DNA of 56,812 nt, filler included, from Catajapyx aquilonaris (taxonomy: Eukaryota), in assembly GCA_000934665.2 (NCBI GenBank). It is 2 parts of 2 records of this genome, joined end to end, with 100 filler letters (N's around TTAATTAATTAA, not from the genome) between each part and the next. Parts side by side here need not be neighbours in the genome. Positions count along the whole stretch, not along the records: positions 28,469 to 56,812 come from KZ539252.1; 1 more part is not named here. The stretch is one strand, 5' to 3'. The position numbers were made by a program, and so were the translations under genes. The notes beneath the pieces are model-generated. The model was not told where the DNA came from and did not search any database. It saw nothing but the letters and a program-made list of their open reading frames with translations. The stretch's first letter is position 1. Every line of letters starts with the position of its first letter. This document shows positions 49,687-56,812 of the stretch, piece after piece.

Positions 49687-51026
49687 CCAGGTAAGTGCAT
49701 AATAATACAGCACATGTCCTCTGAAACCCTGTGAGCTGAATGTATTTAGAATTAATGTTACAACTGATATGCAATCTACTCCTCAGGAGCAATTTTGTTT
49801 TAGATCACGCCTGTTCATATTAATATTTTCAGGAAAAATTAGGATCAACGTAACTGACGCAACAAACCTTGCGAAGTTGCGTCAGTTACAACTATTATAT
49901 CTCCACTATTCCATGGCTCTGCTGCTATCTCGAATTCGAGAAATATTAGCCTTACGAGCGGTCGAATGGAGTGCGAGAAGATTAGCTTCTCGTTCTTGCT
50001 ACGACACGACCTATTCTCGAGAACTTGTGAACATATCTTAATACGACTTCCACTTGAGGCGTGCGCTCCTCACTTCTGATGCCGGTATTTCCCGAAAAGA
50101 ACAAGTGGCGCAACATCTAGCTGCACTAGTCGAATTAAGAGAGAAATACAAATAAACATATTATAACCTATGTTCACAATATATGGCGAAAATGAATATG
50201 CAACTATTATAGGGGCTACAATGAGAAAAACTTGATTTCCTCCTATGTACTCGTATATTGCCCAGTGCTACAGAATAATTTGCTATTACTAACCTTGAGG
50301 ATAGTGATATACAGTATGCTACTTGATGGACTGCCAGCACTTGAATCATATTACTGGTTGACAAGTGAAATTAGTACCCAATCCCAAGGTAACCTAGAAG
50401 AACAAGTGGCGACGAGTTCGGTATGACAATTTTTTAAAATATGTCCACATGTATAGAGGCAATAAAAACAGTTGGTGAGTCTACACCAATTACGACGTAA
50501 TGACGGACACAAGTAATCTGCGGAAAAACTGTTTCGTTCCGAATGCATGCTCAGAAGCCTCTGCAGTCTGCTGCCTTTCTCTCCAAGGTCTTCAATTGGT
50601 CTTCGAGATTCACTTCATACAGGTCGACATCTTCCTCTCTAATCACATCTGTCCATCCTTCTCCCAGAATTGTTCGTGAGTTGATTTTATATAGACGTAT
50701 AGTGAATATGTAATAATCCAGCCATAACTATAGTGTATATTCAGAACACCAGAAGTGATTAAACGCCATTAGACGCACTGTATACAATAATACGAACTTA
50801 TTACTGCGACATACTGGATATTGTGCACTTAACTGATTTGGATAATGCTTTCACTCTGTATAATAACACCAGCAGTATACTTTAATGAATGGCCTTTTAC
50901 GAGCTCGCAAACTTGATCTTAATATTCCGTAAGTTATATGTGTGTGTGCATTTTTCTTCTTTTGCTTTCCAGTAGTCCTGCTGTAGTCGAGTTTGCATTA
51001 CCCGGATAAGCACAGAGCCCTTTATA

Positions 51027-51087
51027 ATGCGCAATATGATACTCAAGAAGGCTCTCGTTATTCTGGCTGCTTTTATTCTAACAGCAG
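51027..51087 (+). CDS. Small secreted 4-Cys protein, copy D: signal-peptide exon only (remaining exons beyond the window or lost)
   Basis: Identical to exon 1 of copy C with an intact gtaagt donor. Intron-1 homologous segments follow at 53640-53793, 56048-56120 and 56153-56277. Confidence 0.7.
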
Positions 51088-51317
51088 GTAAGTGACTCAA
51101 GACAAGAAGAGACCTTGAATTTATTCATTTAGGCGTCATCACTCCCTCCTTATAAAGTCCATAATACAAGTAGTATACAAGTATGACCTTGCTGCCGAGT
51201 GGGCTACGATCTGTATTTTTGAGTGACAAATTCTGGGAATTTTATAGGCAATAATTAGATCCTGTGTATTTGGTTCATTAGCCCACTTAAACATGGCATG
51301 CCTTAAATTGGATTCTT

Positions 51318-51385
<68 letters not shown>

Positions 51386-51690
51386 TATCATCATAATGAT
51401 GCTAGCGAGAGTGCTACAAAAAATGCGAACATCAAACACATATGGGTAAATAGTGAAAAGACTTGCAATATCATATATCTCAGCTAATTTCTGGACCTAA
51501 TATAACATCTGAAAACCAGACAACATGCAAAGAAATAAGATTGCAACTTGCGGAATATGGGGCACATAACAAATATGTAATGAAAAAATTCTTTCATATT
51601 TTTTTTAGGTCACAAGAGTGACATGTCACGTCCGTGGCTTGTCCCAACCTCACTACCGTAGTTTTGTCAATTTTTATGCAAGGCGTAAGG

Positions 51691-51926
51691 CAGTGGTTTC
51701 CAACCGGGGGGTCGCGACCCCCAGAGGGTTAGCGAGCCTCGACTCGACGGTTTTCCTTCCTTTTTTTCTTTTTCTTTTTTCTTTTTGAAATTTCTGTCAA
51801 TTGAACCATTTTCGTACAGAGTGTATGTTTTCTGGAAAGGAGGCAGTTTTAGAAGGGGCCGGGGGGGGGGGGCGCCATTTATGGCAACATGTGGGGTCAC
51901 TGTTGGTAAAAGGTTGGAAACCACTG
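51691..51926. mobile_element. hAT-type MITE (nested)
   Basis: TIR CAGTGGTTTCCAACC...GGTTGGAAACCACTG with a ggggtcgcgacccc subterminal motif. Confidence 0.8.
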
Positions 51927-52752
51927 GCGATGGCGTAAGGTGTTATTTCACTTTTTATATTAGAGTAATGGAGAAAGGAATACTGAAGGTAAAGGCTAGT
52001 GCATTCTTTGTCCTGAAGTTTCAAATTGAATCGATTTTATTGCAAGAGTAATTTTGTCCCAAGGTTTCTCGTCACGTCCGTGAACAAAAACAAACACTGT
52101 TATAAAATCATCCAGGAAGCAGCAATATGCAGGATTTTTGTCTTTTTGCTTGCTGACGCAGCCATATTGAGAAGCTGAATTAAAAACCTGTTGGGTTGGG
52201 TGCTTGAAGACGTGATTTCTGCTCTAAACGTCAGATTTAGTCAAGTGTGGAGATCAGTTCGTCACGTCTGTGGCACCTGGTAAATGTAGGTAGGCAGTTC
52301 AAATTTCAATTTTTGCTCAAGTACGTGTGCTATTAGGTACAAAGAGCTTACTTTCAACTAAAAGTTTGTAACCTAAACTTACCACGTTTTACGTGGAATA
52401 AACAGAGAGTTTGTCACGTCCGTGGACACTATACCGTACCCGTCCACAGGCGGGGTCAGATGTTCAAGGACATGATTTTAATAACCTATTTGAATGGTTT
52501 AGACCATCTATACCATGTTTCTAATGCACTCATAGCTGTACACTACTTTATTGTCAGATGTAAGCATAAGGATAGGTCTCGAGTATACTCTGAATTTCCA
52601 CATTTCTTGTTTCATTGCATTTGAAGCGATTTGAAGTAGGCTATTACATTTATATTGCGAACTGTGCTAGCCACTTGGTTCGGTTCTACACCCTGTGCCA
52701 CACTTAGTTCGTCAAGGTCAAGTAGACTCTGTATTCTTAACTGTGTGTTATA

Positions 52753-53182
52753 CAGGGTGTTCATGAAAAACACCGACACACCTATACCACCCCCTAGGAC
52801 CACATTATGTAGAGGAGTGATTATGTCTGCACCGCCTCATTACTTAGATAATTGACTCGTTGCTGATTAGCGATTTTTGTCTAATCGCTCCTTCTGACTT
52901 TTAAATAGAATTTACAGGTGTAACTAGGCATAGAGGCCTTACCACCTGTGGGCAACAAACCAACAAAGTCCGGCCCCCAGACCTTCCAGACCCTTCTGAC
53001 AGGGGAAGGGTTCGTTGGGTGGCCTAACTTCCAGGATATTTTATACTACCTATACCTGTTTGAAGGCAATTTGCGCGGTAATGAGGCGGCCCCAGGAATA
53101 ATCACTCATCTACATAATGTGATCGTCTGGTCCCTAGGTAGGGGGTGGTATAGGTGTGTCGGTGTTTTTCATGAACACCCTG
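52753..53182. mobile_element. Tc1/mariner-type MITE (nested)
   Basis: TA-flanked TIRs CAGGGTGTTCATGAAAAACACCGACACACCTATACCACCCCCTA mirrored at the right end. Confidence 0.88.
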
Positions 53183-53477
53183 TATATACAGCTGTAGATA
53201 CAGCATTTTTATAAATTATAAAAAAATGTGAAATATAAGTCCACGACTCTACTGGTTTCTCCACCAAGTGGCAGGTAATGTTTTCCGGAGATTTTGGTCA
53301 AAGCTACCATCCAGCGGTCAATGTTACCCCATCTGACGGTAATAACTATTTTTATTTTAAAAAAATCTTTAAAGCACCTTTACATTTTTTATTTTTTTGA
53401 AATGAAATTACACATTTTTTCACTATTGACCCATATGCTTACGTGGTTATGCAGTACCGGTAGTCTATGACTTGACA

Positions 53478-53753
53478 CACAGTAGACAAAACTTTTCCTT
53501 CTCATCAAGTGCTTACGTAATAATATTGAATGGACCTTCTCAGCATGCCTTGAGTACAATGGTACGGGTAGGACTAACAACTATATTTAATCATTTCATC
53601 ATCATCATTATGATAGCCTATGATGATGATTGTGAAATGATTAAATATAGTTGTTAGTCCTACCCGTACCATTGTACTCAAGGCATGCTGAGAAGGTCCA
53701 TTCAATATTATTACGTAAGCAATTGATGAGAAGGAAAAGTTTTGTCTACTGTG
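53478..53753. repeat. Near-perfect ~130-bp-arm palindrome made by inverted duplication of intron sequence
   Basis: 53478-53610 is the reverse complement of 53621-53753. The same sequence is single-copy and in forward orientation at ~44445-44565. Confidence 0.92.
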
Positions 53754-53793
53754 CACGGAGGAGTGTACTGTGTGTCAAGCCATACTGTATAAC

Positions 53794-56047
53794 CATGTCC
53801 ATATTTCCCAATAGGCAAAGTAGGCAACTGCCTAGCTAGAGCGGCAAATTTGGGAGCGAAACTGTCTCTGGTACTGCGAAAAAAAATTGTGGAAGTTGTA
53901 CCTTAGTTTGTATGTACAGTATACAGTAAAAAATATGCAATTTAAAAATCATTCAATTAGTGTAAGGGTTTTATTTCCATAAATACCGTCACACGTGGTG
54001 ACATTGTGCAGCGCAATTTTTTGGGCAGCAGTTTACTTGGAGCAGTCGTAAACTATCATTTAGGCATGTTTCACTACATTGCGGGATGGTCAAGGTTGGC
54101 GATGACAAGCACGTGACGAGTAAAATTCGCCGTTTGTTCTGATAAGGCCCGTAAAATAAATCTTTGTTAATGTTTTTATTTTCGCCAAGTGTTGCATTGG
54201 TATAGCGTTGGTTGGTGTGATTGGATGATTGTTTCTCGTGAGCAGTAGGTCCAATAGAAAGGTGGCGTTTGGTAAATGTATTTTATATACTGTATATTAA
54301 AAACTGCATTCACTTGAGCTCTTGCCTGTCTTGTAAGCACAGGCAAAGTAGAGCGTTTTATTTTATTTCACTTTTGTAAAAATTGGCAGCGACTTTTTTT
54401 TTCCTGGCAATAATCTGTAAGTACTGGGTTCACAAAGAACGGGTTAAATGGGCTAGCCTACTTCGATTACGATGTTATTGAAGGTTGAAATACGACTGGG
54501 CTTTTTAAATCCGGATTTGTGCTTGAACTATGACGAAATCAGTAAAAAAAAGTGCACTTGACGGGGTGAGAGTGTGCCACTGTGTTTTCCCCACTATTTC
54601 ACTGATTTTCATGCGTACCAGTGATGGGACAAGTTTAACGAGTTTACGTGAAGAAGATCGGTCAGAAGCTTTGGCAGAAATCAATATTTTTTTGATGAAA
54701 AAAAGTGCAAAATTTAATGTAGCCAAAGCTACCAGAGGAGCTGTGGTACAGATAAGATCAGGCGAGATTGTGCCACGGAATTTTTTAAATATCCACCTTC
54801 CATTAGCACATAGAAATTATTTTCACACATGAAGTAATATGTGAGATGTGCAGCAATGTTGTGTATTATTATTAATGTATCCGGAAAGTAAGGTCCGTTT
54901 ATTTATTAGAAAACCACAATGCACCCCCAGAATTTTTATTTGTACATCTGAAATCAATAACTGTCTACTTTTTTCAAAATAGTTTCCAAACAAATCGAGG
55001 CATTTTTCATTGAGTTGCACAAGATTTTGTATGCCTATGTCATAGAGCCTGCCGGCGCAAGCCATTTCAGCGATCCCTGAAGGCTGGATTGCAACTCTTC
55101 GTCATCGTCAACCTTCTGCTTTCCAAGGATAGGTGGTAATCTCTAAGATCTAAATCCCAGGTGATCGAACAATTCGCACGTGAATTATTGCGTAGCGGCA
55201 TGTAGAGTTCCTGGTGTTTTCTTGTGCGACAATGCCCGCCTGTCTACTGCCTTGCTTACTGAAACCCAGCCACAACAATTCGAGTGCGAATTGTTCGATC
55301 TTCAGGGATTCAGAGCCTAGCGATTACCACCTGTCCATGGACAGGAAGAAATGCCTTGCAAAGTAGAAGGTTGACCATGACGAGGAGTTGCAATCCAGCG
55401 TTCAGGGATCGCGCAAATTTAATGGCTGGCGCGGCAGACCTCTATGACATAGGCATACAAAATCCTGTGAAACTCAATGAAAAATGCCTCGATTGATTTG
55501 GAAACTATTTTGAAAAAAAGGAGACAGTTGTCGATATCAGATGTGTAAAAAAACTTTTGGGGGCCCATTGTCAGTGGTTTTTCTAATAAATAACGGACCT
55601 TACTTTCCGGATGCGCTAATATAATTAGTTCCAAGATATCAATATTATTCTTGTTTGCTCGTAAGAAAAACCTCAAAATATGGGGCCGTGCAAATACCAC
55701 GTGACCGATTTTAGGCCACTTTTTGACCCCCCCTCCTCGCCCCAGTGACCGACCGTGGTATCCATTGGTACCCCCCCCCCCNNNNNNNNNNNNNNNNNNN
55801 NNNNNNNNNNNNNNNNNNNNNNNNNNNNNNNNNNNNNNNNNNNNNNNNNNNNNNNNNNNNNNNNNNNNNNNNNNNNNNNNNNNNNNNNNNNNNNNNNNNN
55901 NNNNNNNNNNNNNNNNNNNNNNNNNNNNNNNNNNNNNNNNNNNNNNNNNNNNNNNNNNNNNNNNNNNNNNAAAGGGGGGGGGGGGGGGGGGAGGCGGCGG
56001 CAGATGACCAACTGCCTACCAGCGAAGGAAGTGTACATACGGCCCTG
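53794..56047. mobile_element. hAT-like insertion (~2.2 kb) interrupting gene D intron 1
   Basis: Termini catgtccatat / atacggccctg (consensus CAGGGCCGTAT), with imperfect 8-bp TSD tgtataac/tgtatata. The empty site tgtataaccacgtaagc is at ~44578. Confidence 0.65.
54879..55612. mobile_element. Foldback element, ~310-330-bp diverged inverted arms
   Basis: atccggaaagtaaggtccgtt...gatcgaacaattcgcac is mirrored by gtgcgaattgttcgatc...aacggaccttactttccggat. Confidence 0.85.
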
Positions 56048-56319
56048 TGTATATAACCACGTAAGCGTATGTGTTTGATGTTTGCATTTTTGGTAGCACT
56101 CTCGCTACAATATTATCTGCACAAATCCACTAGTGCCATATCAGTTCTGTGCCTGGACCTTTGGATTTTGGACAAATATTTTTTGGATGAAGTGTGGTTT
56201 GGACGAGAATGTATACTGGATGTAAATTCGAGTGGACAAAAATGGCGGTCTGGGCGCAGTTTTATGTAACCATAACGTAGGCCTAATAGTCCGGACCCTA
56301 AGCGCAAAAATCAGGCCTA

Positions 56320-56812
56320 ACCTTGCATTTTGGGATAAGAAGGTGCCACTTGGCACATATGTTCCTTAGGCCTATAGGAGCAATTCCAGAGTTGCAGGCA
56401 ACTGATCGGCCCCTTAGGTCACGAGTTATGCGGTGTTGCCAACATGGCCGGGGATGACCTGAGCGCTTTTAACGTTGCATTTGGTGATAAGAAGGTGCCG
56501 CTTGGCACATATGTTCCCTAGGCCTGTAGGAGTCGTTTGAGACATGGCGGCACTTGATCGGCTCCTTAGGTCAGGAGTTATGCGGTGTTGCCAACCTGGT
56601 CCTGGACCTAAGCGTTTTGTACCATTTTTAACTTTGCATTTTGGGATAAGAAGGTGCCACTTGGCACGTATGTTCCTTAGGCCTATAGGAGCAATTTCAG
56701 AGTTGCAGGCAACTCATCGGCCCCTTAGGTCACGAGTTATGCGGTGTTGCCAACCTGATCAGGGAACTAAGCGTTTTAACTCGGCACTTTGTGATGAGAA
56801 GGTGCCACTTGG
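56320..56812. repeat. Satellite DNA, ~150-160-bp monomer, runs off the window end
   Basis: gat(a/g)agaaggtgcc(a/g)cttgg recurs at 56334, 56486, 56645 and 56793 (periods 152, 159, 148). Confidence 0.92.

Larger units (their letters stand above)
51439..53437. mobile_element. ~2-kb non-autonomous DNA transposon with ~38-bp imperfect TIRs
   Basis: catatgggtaaatagtgaaaagacttgcaatatcat vs reverse complement of the right end catatgggtcaatagtgaaaaaatgtgtaatttcat. Internal repeated motif gtcacgtc(c/t)gtg x4. Absent from the copy C intron. Confidence 0.7.

Noticed and set aside
54530..54832. 100-aa ORF as a transposase fragment
   Set aside because: It lies inside a hAT-like insertion, but I cannot identify convincing transposase motifs.

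Overview
Eukaryotic genomic DNA, probably from an invertebrate (arthropod/crustacean-like gene content; this is inference). It has short spliceosomal introns and many SINEs, MITEs and microsatellites, so the ORF track only shows exon fragments. All gene models below were spliced by hand. Recognisable genes: (1) a CPED1-like type II membrane protein (+, 18148-26593, 3' PC-esterase exons missing); (2) the 3' part of an ALDH3/fatty aldehyde dehydrogenase (+, 28549-30128); (3) a complete 9-exon secreted arthropod CUB-domain protein (-, 30339-33491). The first two are separated by an artificial 100-nt N44-TTAATTAATTAA-N44 spacer, so their adjacency is not trustworthy. The most novel content is largely invisible in the ORF track and consists of two clusters of small secreted-protein genes I cannot assign to a known family. 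(a) Two minus-strand micro-exon genes (4.7-8.7 kb) with all-phase-1 introns encode Cys-free peptides with alternating polar/non-polar beta-strand patterning. (b) A plus-strand tandem array of at least four genes (37.2-51.1 kb) encodes ~100-aa, probably helical, proteins with a C-x24-C-x8-C-x24/25-C motif and shared exon phases; the array expanded recently and its introns are full of nested transposons. A structured GC-rich insertion with a possible HDV-like ribozyme head (-, ending at 34980) is also flagged.
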